Shown one piece after another: positions 47,170 through 58,928 of a stretch of DNA of 64,000 nucleotides; within the stretch, counting starts at the first letter, position 1, and each line of letters starts with the position of its first letter. Position numbers and translations under genes: made by a program. The stretch is from assembly GCF_009914755.1 (NCBI RefSeq), contig NC_060937.1. One strand, written 5' to 3'. Origin of the DNA: the human T2T-CHM13v2.0 reference genome, Homo sapiens. The notes beneath the pieces were generated by a model. It was given only the letters and a program-made list of their open reading frames with translations, had not been told where the DNA came from and ran no database searches.

Positions 47170-49333
47170 CAAACTGGAGCATTTGTCTTTTATTTACCAG
47201 TTGCATACCTTAATTCTGCAGATGGATAATCTGGTTGAGATAAGCATTGCCATCTCTCAATTTTTACAAAACAAAAAGCTACCAACAAGAAGTTAATGGT
47301 GAAGAAAAATTTGTCTCAAAAATAACACAATTGAGAAATAGCTTTGTATTAAGTGCAGTACTTATAACATCCCTGATGTCAAATGTACAAAATTTAGCTT
47401 TAGGTCACTAAAGCATGTTTACCCTTTTGAAGAAACATGTATTGCTAGGTCAGCCATCCTACTTCACTGGAAATAACGTTAAACTTGTAGACTGTTCAAA
47501 TGGCCAATCAAAATGACTAAGAAACATTATCGTGTGTTTTTTTGTTTGTTTGTTTTTTCATCCTTTCTCTTTCCTTTTCGTTCAAAAATTCAGTTCCCCA
47601 TCCTAGACCAGACTCCTCTGTCCTCTGCCAGGGTATAAGAAAAGTTAGCATTCTGTCACTATAGAACATAGAAGAGGAATTAGCATGTTATTGAATAAAG
47701 AATCAGGAAGATAATTCTAATTGGGTATAGAAAAATTTATACACCATAAACATCTGTATATGTACACCATTTATCATATATACGTATTGTGACAACCATA
47801 TGTATTAATAAACCTTCAAAAGGTAAGCACCTATATTTTCTTGTAATTAACAATTTTAGTTTTGTGCAATGTAGTCTATATTTGTGGACTTCCCCTTACA
47901 TATGGTGACAGAGAGACTGAAACATTGTTCACAGAGAAACACAGAACATATACAAATCTCATAATAAAATAACCATGTATACCACTGTTTAGGGAAATAT
48001 TTTAGAGGAAACATACTTTCACTACTGGCCCCAAATCCCATCATCCACTTAGGTTCTTCAATGTCAACTTTTAATACAAAAATACCTTCAAGCTGATAAT
48101 TAAGAACATTCACAATGACTTACAAAATGGACAATATTCCAATGCTACACAAAACGGTTCTATAATACACAGCTTAAAGTTTTAAAGTTCTTGGCTGGCA
48201 GTTGATTTTTTTTATAGCTGATAGACACGATAACTACTGATCTGAGTAAAATACTGTTTTTAGCTTATACATATGTTCTAAACCATATTACCTCACAAAA
48301 CAGTAAAGAATAAATCACTTTCTGTTGAAGAATCCTCTAGGACAAACACCAAACCTACACAGCCAAAATATTTTAGGGAGGCAAGTAAACATTTTAAGAC
48401 AAATCATGACCAGTGGATAAAAATTTGCATTACCCAATTATATGTCCAGGAATTGTTCCTCTGAGTCAGTAAAGCATGTATTGGGCATAAATTAAAAACA
48501 CAAACATAAAAAGCAAGTTACCGTTTTTTTTTTTTTTTTTTGGTTTAGAAGGGTGTTTAATTCATGACATTACTAAGAATGGGTGTTTTTTGGGATAGAA
48601 AATTGGTCACATATACCAAATACACATTTTATATTCCAAAATAAAAACTGAGATTTCTTTTAAAACAGTGGAATCCTGATTTTTTTTTTTTTTTTTTTTT
48701 TTTTACTTTCTGTGAGCTTATGAGGCCATTCTGCACATTATCAAAATGAAATCATTATGCAGTAACCTTATATATATAAATCCAATTTTTTCCTTTGTAG
48801 AAGAAAACCAAAATAATTTTACAAACTACATTTAACTTAGAATATAAAGAACTGACTAGTGTAAAATTTTGAAAATCTACCACTTTATTTTGAAGGAAAG
48901 TACACATCCTTCAAAACCCCGCTAACAATTCCTAGTTCAGTTTTCTATTATACAAATCAAAAAGTTAAATTCCTTGTGGCACTAACCAAAACTTAAAAAT
49001 TAACAGAAGACTGAATTAATTAAAAAAAAAGCATACTAACTAATCAAAACAATCCACTGTGCAATGAATATTTGAACAATGAAAAAAACCTACCAAGCAT
49101 CCTAATCAATTATATAGTTCTTGCTTCCATATTTTAATTCTGGACTTTCAGGATGGTAAATTATTAAACAGGTCGATTTCATGGACTGTCTAAACCTTGT
49201 AGTATTTCAAAATATTACCCTTTCTAAACCAAATCTGTGGTCCTAATCAACTTTTTTTCCAAGAAAAAGAAACGATATGTGTTTAAAATACATTCCGTAG
49301 CAGTAGAAACATCTTAGTGTCTCAAAATACTAT
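47170..49333 (-). other. Probable KBTBD7 3' UTR
   Basis: Repeat-poor AT-rich DNA directly after the stop; minus-strand poly(A) signals AATAAA at 48884-48889 and 47189-47194, ATTAAA at 48556-48561. True 3' end cannot be fixed from sequence. Confidence 0.55.
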
Positions 49334-51388
49334 TTACAAAGAACCCTGCTGATCCTGTGCATTTCGCTGAGGTGCTACTTGCACCCAGACTTCATCATCT
49401 GAAAAAGAACTTGAACTTCCTGACTCAGAGTCCAGCTCACTGAATCCATCTAAGTCCCATTCAGTACTAGACTCACTCCGTGCATCATCTTCCTCAGTAA
49501 TAAAACTCTGACCAGGTTCAAGGCAGGAAGGATAAACACGAGCACAAAGGCAAATAAAGCCAGAGTCAAACTGCAAAAGGCCTAACATGGTACCTATATT
49601 AATCCACTGATCTTCCCTAGTATCATACTCATACACTGTCACTCGGTTCTTTTTCCATTGTGGGGTTGTAGAAGTGATGAGAAGCAACTTTTGGTCATGA
49701 TTGACAATCTGGTAGTTGTGGGTCTCTGAATCCAAAGGAATATTACTAATCCGCCTCCATTCTCCCCTAGCTGGGTTGTAGACCTTCATGACTGGGATGT
49801 CACAGATACAATAGATTTCATCATTGAAGACACATGCTTCCTGAAAGTCACTACGTTTAAGAGAAGCACAGTTCAGCCACATATTGTGGCTAGGATCATA
49901 GCAAAGCATGCGCTTACTGTTGACAGCATAAAGATAGTTCTGAACCACTATGAGTTCAAAGGAATAGAAGGAATGAGGGACAGGAGCCACCAATGCCCAC
50001 TGGTTTCTCTGAACACTGTAGCATTCCACTTCCTTCAACTTAACTCCAGTAATAGGGTCTCGTCCCCCCAAAATGTAGATGTAGCCATTGAGATATGCCA
50101 CATCCATGCCCTCACGACACAGCAAGCGATCTGCAAGTTGCTGCCAACTATTCTGAGCTGGTTTATACACCCAGAGGTCTTTCCTGGGCTGAGCAGCTAG
50201 ATAGATGTCATGGTCTGGGGACACACAGACAGCTGAGGAGGTGACAGTCTTAGTGTGAGCAAAGCTGGTCAAAGGGGATGGCATTGTGTAAATGTCCCCC
50301 GAGTAAGGGTCATAGCAGAGAAAGGGATCTCTGGGGTGTCCAAAGAAGATCACCATCTCCTTGGCACACATACCCAGTCTCTGGGGTGGATTTTCTGCTG
50401 CAGATACAAGAGAGTTGCTGCTGCTACTGCTGCTGCTGCTGTTTGGCACTGGCACCAGAGACTTGTACAACAGGTCACCATAGCGCATCTGCAGGGCCCC
50501 TTCAATAACGTCCAGGCAGTACTTCTTCACGATGGGCTTGGTCAGCAGCCCTTCTAAGTAGTCCTGATCTTCTTCAGTGAAGTGCATCCAGCGCACGCAC
50601 TTGAAGACTTCTGCAGCACTGGGACCCCGCTCTTTGGCAGCAGCCTCCAGCCACTGCACAGCTACATGGCATACAGTCCGCTCACTCTCTATGTCCAGAC
50701 TATCCAGGCGTAGGACAGCCAGCAGCTGGGCCAGGGTTAGATCTGCTAGAGTCTCCTCCCGAATTGAACCCATTCGGCTGAGCTGCTTGAAGTTGTGAGC
50801 TATGTAGGACTGGGCCTGAGATCGAAGCTTGTGATGGTCGAAGGCGTCTGCAAACTTGAGGATGGCGGTGCAGTTGGTCAGGTCAAGACGTCGGGCTAAG
50901 AAGGAGGCACAGGCTTCCCGCACATATTCCAGCTGTAGCATGTCGGAGGCCGCGTACAGGCGCTGCACATTGGCCTCACTGAGAGACACACGACCCGTGT
51001 AGCAGTAGTCGACCAACACCTCGAAGGACTCGGCGTCCACATCGTGCATGGTCACGCTGGCCTGCTGGCTCTCGTACATGCCACCTGTGAACATGCTCTT
51101 GAAGTAGGGACACGCAGCTGCTAGCACGTTGCGATTGCAGGAAAAGAGGCGACCCGTGCCAGGCCCGCTGCCAGGCGTCACCACCTCGATGGTCACATCA
51201 CACAGCAGCCGCGCGTCGTAGAAGGACTTGAGCTGTGCCAGCAGGGCTGCAGAATGGGCCGTGTCCTTTAACTCCTCTGGACCCGTGAAAAAGGCCGAAA
51301 CCGAGGGCTTGGAAATCCTCTTGGGCCGCCTCCCACCACGGGGACTGGCGAGGCGGCGAGAGCGCGGGACGTCTTCCCGGGACTGCAT
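49334..51388 (-). CDS. KBTBD7: Kelch repeat and BTB domain-containing protein 7 (684 aa), single-exon CDS; CUL3 substrate adaptor with C-terminal LIR (W668-VQV)
   Basis: Uninterrupted ORF; first ATG at 51388 in ccaccATGc context gives MQSREDVPRS... 684 aa, stop TAA at 49334-49336. BTB (LCDVTIEV...NRNVLAAACPYFKSMFTGGMYES), BACK, Kelch repeats (YIYILGGRD, VECYSVQRNQW), acidic Ser-rich tail DDEVWVQVAPQRNAQDQQGSL. Length and tail fit KBTBD7 rather than its paralog KBTBD6 as I recall them. The ORF track's 51454 start is a TTG. Confidence 0.96.
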   Translation of the reverse strand: MQSREDVPRSRRLASPRGGRRPKRISKPSVSAFFTGPEELKDTAHSAALLAQLKSFYDARLLCDVTIEVVTPGSGPGTGRLFSCNRNVLAAACPYFKSMFTGGMYESQQASVTMHDVDAESFEVLVDYCYTGRVSLSEANVQRLYAASDMLQLEYVREACASFLARRLDLTNCTAILKFADAFDHHKLRSQAQSYIAHNFKQLSRMGSIREETLADLTLAQLLAVLRLDSLDIESERTVCHVAVQWLEAAAKERGPSAAEVFKCVRWMHFTEEDQDYLEGLLTKPIVKKYCLDVIEGALQMRYGDLLYKSLVPVPNSSSSSSSSNSLVSAAENPPQRLGMCAKEMVIFFGHPRDPFLCYDPYSGDIYTMPSPLTSFAHTKTVTSSAVCVSPDHDIYLAAQPRKDLWVYKPAQNSWQQLADRLLCREGMDVAYLNGYIYILGGRDPITGVKLKEVECYSVQRNQWALVAPVPHSFYSFELIVVQNYLYAVNSKRMLCYDPSHNMWLNCASLKRSDFQEACVFNDEIYCICDIPVMKVYNPARGEWRRISNIPLDSETHNYQIVNHDQKLLLITSTTPQWKKNRVTVYEYDTREDQWINIGTMLGLLQFDSGFICLCARVYPSCLEPGQSFITEEDDARSESSTEWDLDGFSELDSESGSSSSFSDDEVWVQVAPQRNAQDQQGSL
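50417..50440 (-). repeat. (AGC)n tract encoding Ser8 in the KBTBD7 linker
   Basis: Plus strand gctgctgctactgctgctgctgct, one interruption; translates NSSSSSSSSN. Confidence 0.9.
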
Positions 51389-51790
51389 GGTGGAGATGGC
51401 GACGGGCGCTGACGGCGAGAAAGGCTGCAGGACCAGGCTCTGGCTCCTCCTCAACCTTCCCTCGCTGACGCTAAGACAAGCCGCGTCCTGGAACAGACTG
51501 CGGCACGGGCCGCACTTCTGAATTCAGCCCTATCCCGCGGTGAGGCCTCCCTTTATTGCATAGACAGTGGCTGACTCACCCTCTCTCACTCCCGCGCCCT
51601 TTCTCCGCCTCCGCTCGCCCTCACAGGACCCGCTGGCTTGCAGCCGCGGAAGCCCCCACTGCCGCGCTGGCGATCCCGCTAGGCCCCCGGGAGAACTACT
51701 GCTCCCAGGTTGCCTTTCGCGCCCCGAGGCCTGCTGGGGCTCTCGGACGGCCGGGCGGGGACAGAGGGAAAGAAACCGCTTTGCATGTTG
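50900..51790 (-). promoter_or_regulatory. CpG island / promoter and 5' region of KBTBD7
   Basis: Only strongly GC/CpG-rich non-Alu stretch in the window; covers the 5' CDS and upstream; GC-box GGGCGGGG near 51753; AP-1/ARE-like GCTGACTCA at 51570-51578. Boundaries approximate. Confidence 0.85.
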
Positions 51791-51882
51791 GGAGTAGTAG
51801 TTTGTGTAATATCGCGAGCTGTCCTTTAGTTGACTGCTCTAACAGTAGAAATTAATTCTCCTGGATTTGATGGTGAAGAGAC

Positions 51883-51983
51883 TGTTGCCCAGGCTGGTCT
51901 TGAACTCCTGAGGGCTCAAATTATCCTCCTGCCTCGGCCTCTCAATGTGCTGGGATTACAGGCGTGAGCCACCGCCCCCTGCC
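51883..51983 (-). mobile_element. Alu left-arm fragment upstream of KBTBD7
   Basis: tgttgcccaggctggtcttgaactcc...gagccaccgcc. Confidence 0.8.
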
Positions 51984-52726
51984 AGTATTTCATAGGGTTT
52001 TGTGTGGTTCAATGATACCTTACATGGGATACTTAGATACATGTATGTTTTTGGTTAGAAGAATAGTAAAGCGTTACCCCGTGCCTAGAATGTAGCCAAT
52101 AACTGTTAGATTCTCTTTTATAATTTATGATAAATGAGGCACCCACTAATTTGAAACCGAGTATTATTTTAAACCGCAAAATTTTACAAAGAATTTCTAG
52201 TTTTTAATGTTTATTCCTTCGAAAGATTTTGAAGGGCATTAACAATATTTTCAATATTAAATGATATCTATTGGTCTCGTTTAATAAGGATGTCTTAGAC
52301 GACTAGGTTGAGGTCCTAAAGAACAGTATTAATAGATGGTCTCAAATACGCAAATCCAGCATATAAAAATAAATTATTTGCTGCTCTCACTAACATTTCA
52401 TCTCTGGAGAGCAGGAGTATTTTCGTTAAGCTCCAAATATGAGTGTTTTCAAGTCGTCTAATACAGCCTCTTTCACTGCCGTTCCACAAATCAATTAACA
52501 GATTATGTAATTCCCTTTATTAAGGAGTTTTAGGGAGTATTTTAACTCAAAATATTTCAACAAACAGACTTTGTTCTGTACAAAAGCACATGATTCTCAG
52601 AATTCAACATCAGTACATGCCCTGACATTCCTTGAATTAATATATAGTATAGTCAATGCTTTACAAAGTCTTTTATATTTGCATTGGGATCAACAGTTAA
52701 ATCATCAAAATCAAGTATTAGAGATT

Positions 52727-53096
52727 TGAGGCAGGAAAATAGGGTCTGGAGGCAGGGAACATAAGGCTGATTCACACTTTAGCTATAACAGGAAAGATCC
52801 TCTCCATAGGGTGTATGCTGAGTAAATGAGTTTGTAACTTTACTTCATTCTCTTCATTTACATAGGGTGTACACCAAGTAACCAGTGGAATCCTCTAGAG
52901 GGTATTTAAACCTTCAGAAATTCTGTAACAGGGCCCTTGAGCCCCTATGCTCAGGCCCGCTCCCCACTGTGGAGTGTACTTTCATTTTCAGTAAATCTCT
53001 GCTTTTGTTGTTTCATTGTTTCCTTGCTTTGTTTATGTGTTTTGTCCAATTTTTTGTCCAAAACGCCAAGAACCTGGACACCCTCCACCAGTAACA
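52727..53096 (+). mobile_element. MER51A-like solo LTR
   Basis: TGAGGCAGGAAAATAGGGTCTGGAGGCAGGGAAC...CACCAGTAACA; near-TSD gatt/gact. Confidence 0.85.
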
Positions 53097-53353
53097 GACT
53101 TTTTCAGATAACTTTTATTACAAAACCATGACTGCTCCTGCTGCTAGTTTGTTATGTTACCATAACCTAATAAAGAAAATCATCAGTGTTACATGCATGT
53201 ATGGATAACACATTACAAGAGAATAACTTTCAAATTGTTTTTCTCTTATCAGCTGAAGATAACTTCAACTTATCAGCTGAAGTCCACTGGAAATACTCTA
53301 GGGTAGACACATTAAATTAAGTCAGCCTCTGGGCTCTAATAACTCCTCTGTAA

Positions 53354-53773
<420 letters not shown>

Positions 53774-53789
53774 CAGGAATGGCCATTTT

Positions 53790-54020
53790 AAAAAACTTCT
53801 TAAAATATTGGTAAAATATACATAACACTAAATTTACCATTTAAACATTTTCAGTGTATAGTTCTTTAGCATTAAATATATTCACACGGTTTTGCCACTA
53901 TCACAAAACTGAAGCTCTGTACCCATTTAAACAATAACTCTCTAGCCCCCACTTCTGGCAACTGCCATTCTACTCTTTGTCTCTATGACTTTTGACTACT
54001 CTAGGTACCTCATATAGGCA
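53790..54020 (-). mobile_element. L1MB-like 3' end fragment
   Basis: ggtaaaatatacataacactaaatttaccat...ctctaggtacctcatata. Confidence 0.7.
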
Positions 54021-54167
54021 GTGACTGATTTTTACCTTCCTTATATCTGCTCTTACTGTGTTATTTGGTTTAGGTTACCTGTCACACAATTGAAGATATC
54101 TATTAGGCACTATTCCCTAAGATCTAGAGCTATGTGCTGTCCCATAAAACTTGGGAATATTTTATAT

Positions 54168-54262
54168 TTGTGCTGGCTGATACAGTAGCCAGAAGCCACA
54201 TATAGCTCTTGGGTACGTGAAATGTGGCTAGTGCAACTGAGGAATTAAATTTAAAATTTTAG
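54168..54262. mobile_element. MER3/MER33-like hAT-Charlie DNA transposon fragment
   Basis: tacagtagccagaagccacatatagctc...gaaatgtggctagtgcaactgaggaatt. Confidence 0.55.
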
Positions 54263-54464
54263 AAATACAGCATGATACCAATGCAATTCAATGAAGAAAG
54301 AAAATTCTTTTCAACAAATGTTATTGGAACAACTGGATCAAGAATGTAAGACAGAAAGTTGCCCTTGCCCCTACCTTACACCATAAGCAAAAAATTAATT
54401 CAAAATTTCTCCTAATACTAAATGGAAAAGTGGAAACTATAAAGCTTCAAAAAGAAAACATAGG

Positions 54465-54775
54465 GCCGGGTGCAGTGGCTCACACCTGTAATCCCAGCAC
54501 TTTGGGAGGCTGAGGCAGGCGGATCATGAGGTCAGGAGATTGAGACCATCCTGGCTAACACGGTGAAACCCTGTCTCTACTAAAAATACAAAAAATTAGC
54601 TGGGCATGGTGGCAGACACCTGTAGGCCCAGCTACTCAGGAGACTGAGGCAGGAGAATGGCATGAATCCAGGAGGCGGAACTTGCAGTGAGCCAAGATTG
54701 CGCCACTGCACTCCAGCCTGGGCGACAGAGCGAGACTCCGTCTCAGAAAAAAAAAAAAAAGAAAAGAAAAGAAAA
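54465..54775 (+). mobile_element. AluY
   Basis: TSD aagaaaacatag. Confidence 0.9.
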
Positions 54776-55247
54776 CATAGAAGACTATAGCTTTGTGGTT
54801 GGCAAAGTTTTCTTGGGACACCAAAAACACAGATCATAAAAAAAAGACAAAGTGAATTTCAAAAGTGAATTTCAACAAAATTACAAGCTGCTGCCTATGG
54901 AAAGGCAGTGAAAACAACAAAAGATAAACCACAGACTGGGAAAAAATATTGGTAACATGTATACCCGGTGGCCAATGCACATTAAATTCACAATAAGAAA
55001 ACACTGAATACCCACTAGAATGCCTTAACTTAAAAACATCAATGATACTATATATTAGTGGAGATATGGAGCCGTTGGAACTCTCATATGCTAATAATAG
55101 GAATATAAATTGGTATAACCACATTAGAAAACTCTTTTGTAGTTTCTTTTAATGTTAAACGCCGTGTAATTTCACTCCCAGGCAGTTGCCTCAGGGAAAT
55201 GAAAACATATATCCACAAAAACACTTGTATAAGTATCTTCATAATAG

Positions 55248-56097
55248 TGTTAATGACAAAGCTGGTCCTGTGAAGATGAGATTTTTCCCTGTTCTATGTC
55301 ATGAAGCCAAGATGCGAAACTGAAAGTGAGCATCAAGCAGTGCAGGTTTTATTCCATGGCCATGGATTTGAGAAGCAGGAGCATGGCTCACAAATCAATT
55401 TCTCAGCTTCTGAGAGCCGGGAAGTCATAGATATAGGGCATCTTTAATGAAGGGGATGGGTATTAAAAGCAAGGGGTGGGGCTGGGCACAGTGGCTCACA
55501 CCTGTAATTCCAGCACTTTGGGAGGCCAAGGCGGGCAGATCACTTGAGCCCAGGAGTTCCAGATCAGCCTGGGGAACATGGTGAAACCCCGTCTCTACTA
55601 AAATACAAAAATTAGCTGGATGTGGTGACGGACACCTGTAATCCCAGCTACTCAGGAGGCTGAGGCAGGAGAATCACTTGAATCTGGGAGGCAGAGGTTG
55701 CAGTGAGCCCAGATCACACCACTGGACTCCAGCCTGGGCAACAGAGCAAGACTCCTTCTCAAAAAAGAAAAAGCAAACGGAGGAATATTCGTGTGTTTTC
55801 TTGGCATGTGTGAAGAACTCGGAAACCAGAGTGCCACATTACTTTTTGTCCTTTTATGGTTTCTTCTGATCATTGTCATGGTGATTGTCAACTGTCATGC
55901 AGCTGGCAGGAGTGTCATTTAACATAGAGATTAGATCATAATGAAGTTAGAAGTTCTTCAGAGGTCAAGTGAGCTGATATTTTGTCCACCAGTCTCTGCC
56001 AGTTTGGTCACAATGGGGAACTTCTGATCTCAGGCATAAGCAGAGTTAAGGTAGAGTAGAAATTCACTTAGGTCACTAAGCATTATGCTGCGTAACA
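55248..56097 (-). mobile_element. LTR element (family and strand uncertain) containing an Alu, inserted in L1M
   Basis: tgttaatg...gcgtaaca termini, near-TSD atag/gtag, L1 continuous across it. Confidence 0.6.
55480..55772 (+). mobile_element. AluS
   Basis: Full Alu within an LTR. Confidence 0.9.
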
Positions 56098-56175
56098 GTA
56101 GCTTTATCCATAGTATCCAGAAGTAGAAACAATCCAAATATACATCAACAGGAGAATGAAAAAAATTGTAGTATA

Positions 56176-56548
56176 TGTATTAGTTCGTTTTCATGCGGCT
56201 GATAAAGACATACCCAAGACTGGATAATTTATAGAGAAAAAGAGGTTTAATGGACCTGCAGTTAAATGTGGCTAGGGAGGCCTCACAATCATGGCAGAAG
56301 TTGAAAGGCATATCTTACGTGGCAGCCGGCAAGAGAGAATGAGAAAAAATACTGGGCCAAGCAAAAAGGGAAAACCCCTTATAAAACCATCAGATCTCGT
56401 GAAACTTTTTCACTACCACAAGAATAGTATGGAGGAAACTGCCCCATGATTCAATTATCTCCCACCGGGTACCTCCTATAACACGTGGGAATTATGGGAG
56501 CTACAATTCAAGATGAGATTTGGGTGAGGACACAGCCAAACCACATCA
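56176..56548 (-). mobile_element. THE1 (MaLR) solo LTR
   Basis: tgtattagttcgttttcatgcggctgataaagacatacccaagactgg...acagccaaaccacatca; near-TSD gtata/gcata. Confidence 0.9.
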
Positions 56549-56939
56549 GCATATTCCTACAGTGTAAAAGTACTCAGAAGTAAGAAAGAAACAACCTCTG
56601 ATATATAATAATGTGAATGGTTCTCAAAAATTTTATGTTGAGCAAAAGAAGCCAGATACACAAGAGTAGACACTGTATGACCATTTGTGTGAAGTTCCAG
56701 AACACTGAAAATAAGCTTTGATGAATAAAAATCATAATAGAGGCTTCCTCTCTTGTGTAAGGGGTAGTGGGGAGGTGGCAAATTGCTAGACTGACTAGAA
56801 AGGAACATGAGGAAATGTCTAGGGCTGATGCAAATGTTTTCTTCTAGACCGGGCTGGTGGTTACATGGGTGAATGCAATTGCTAAACTCAATAAACTGTA
56901 CTCTTCACATCTGTGCATTTTGCGTACTGTAATTATCCT

Positions 56940-57920
56940 CTCAGGAACAGCCACTTCATAATTGTTGGCTTTAAATAAAATTGCAGAATTCTTTACCAGG
57001 AAGTCATTATGAAGATAGTTCAGTCATAAAGCAAGGTTCTTCTCCTCTAGAGGTGTTTGGGTCAACATTGGTCCAATTCATACAAATTATATCAACAGAT
57101 GTGGTCTTCCATACCCCTGGAACTTGAGTGCCTCTGGGTAATCTTCAAGGATTTCAGCATGCTGGAGTCTTTCAGATTTGTAAAGTATCTGAGTGCCTAA
57201 CATTATATTCAAATATTTTCCATTTTTGCCACAACCATATTAAAAACATACTCCTTATTATCTGTGGTCCCTCAAGTTTTCTTGTAATTTACATAATTCT
57301 CTACAATAGAATCCACATTTTTCCTGGCACGAAGATAAAGCTGTTTTTGTTTGGTCATTATGTCTCACTCATCAACAAAACATGGTTTTAATTCTTCAGA
57401 AATCTTTAACTTCAACTCTCTTCATGAATGTTTTCAACAGCGGCATCTACTGGGGCTCTTCTGAGGAGGCTGAGGTATCTCATTGGTACTGCTCCATTTC
57501 CATTTCCACATGATTTCAACATTTTTCCCTTGCAGACCAGATGTCTTCTTTGCTGGGGCAGCCTCTCTCCTCTTCCCCCATGAATTTTGTTCCTGATTTG
57601 CTTCTCGAAGTTCTCCCGGTTTCTACAGATTGGTGTTCATGTACCTGAGTACTCTACTTTTTGGAGCCCATTCATTCCAATTTTCATCCAATCCACCGTA
57701 ATGTGTAAAGTATTTCACTTGTTTGTCCTCGATGGCAACTTTTACATAATTTGCTTCATAAAGAGGCCCATAAAAGCACAGCACCTACTCACTTCAGAGT
57801 TTAGGCTTCAGTACCATTTGTAAGTGATAACCCCGACTCCCTTCTCCTACCTCACCCAGCTACTGCTCCCTATGCTGTATCCCATCCAATTCAGCGTCAG
57901 GTAGGCTGTCAGGCACTGCC
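56940..57920 (-). pseudogene. MORF4L1P4: Processed MORF4L1 (MRG15) pseudogene, short-isoform type
   Basis: Intronless, degenerate match to MRG15: atcacttacaaATG at 57817, chromodomain remnants (LYEAN.VKVAIEDKQVKYFTHY, W.EW.PKSRVL), MRG-domain remnants (KIxEELKP, KNSAILFKANNYEVAVPE); TGA at codon 8 (57794-57796) plus indels. The chromodomain argues against MORF4L2. Symbol number is from memory. Confidence 0.88.
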
Positions 57921-58019
57921 AGCTGTACAGCCTGGGCCCCTCAGTATTGTTTTTACTTTGATTTTTAAGTAGAGTCTACAAACTGTTAACGCCTTTATTT
58001 CTGTATTCAAAATGATGTC

Positions 58020-58766
<747 letters not shown>

Positions 58767-58928
58767 ACTCCACTGCCTTTAGTCATTGGCTGCCAGGAGA
58801 GTTTTTATGGGTCCACCCTCCCCTACCTCAGTTGGAGGGTACCTAGTGAGGGGGCTGCCTTGGGGCGTGACTTCCGTTCCACATTTATTTCATAGCAGCT
58901 AACTTGTTTCAGACCTGTTATACACCAT

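Larger units (their letters stand above)
54262..56940 (+). mobile_element. L1M ORF2/3' segment interrupted by AluY, an LTR and THE1
   Basis: tcttttcaacaaatgttattggaacaactgg, gactgggaaaaaatatt, ggaactctcata..gct motifs. Confidence 0.7.

Noticed and set aside
47856-48113. 85-aa ORF in the KBTBD7 3' UTR
   Set aside because: No recognisable homology; cannot be supported without Ribo-seq.
49334-51388. KBTBD6 as the identity
   Set aside because: 684-aa length, the WVQV motif and the extension RNAQDQQGSL fit KBTBD7 as I recall the two paralogs.
51389-51454. 706-aa protein starting at 51454
   Set aside because: That start is a TTG; the first ATG with good context is at 51388 (684 aa).
49886-51855. 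Plus-strand ORFs antisense to KBTBD7 and in its CpG island
   Set aside because: Expected shadow ORFs of a coding or GC-rich region; no independent support.
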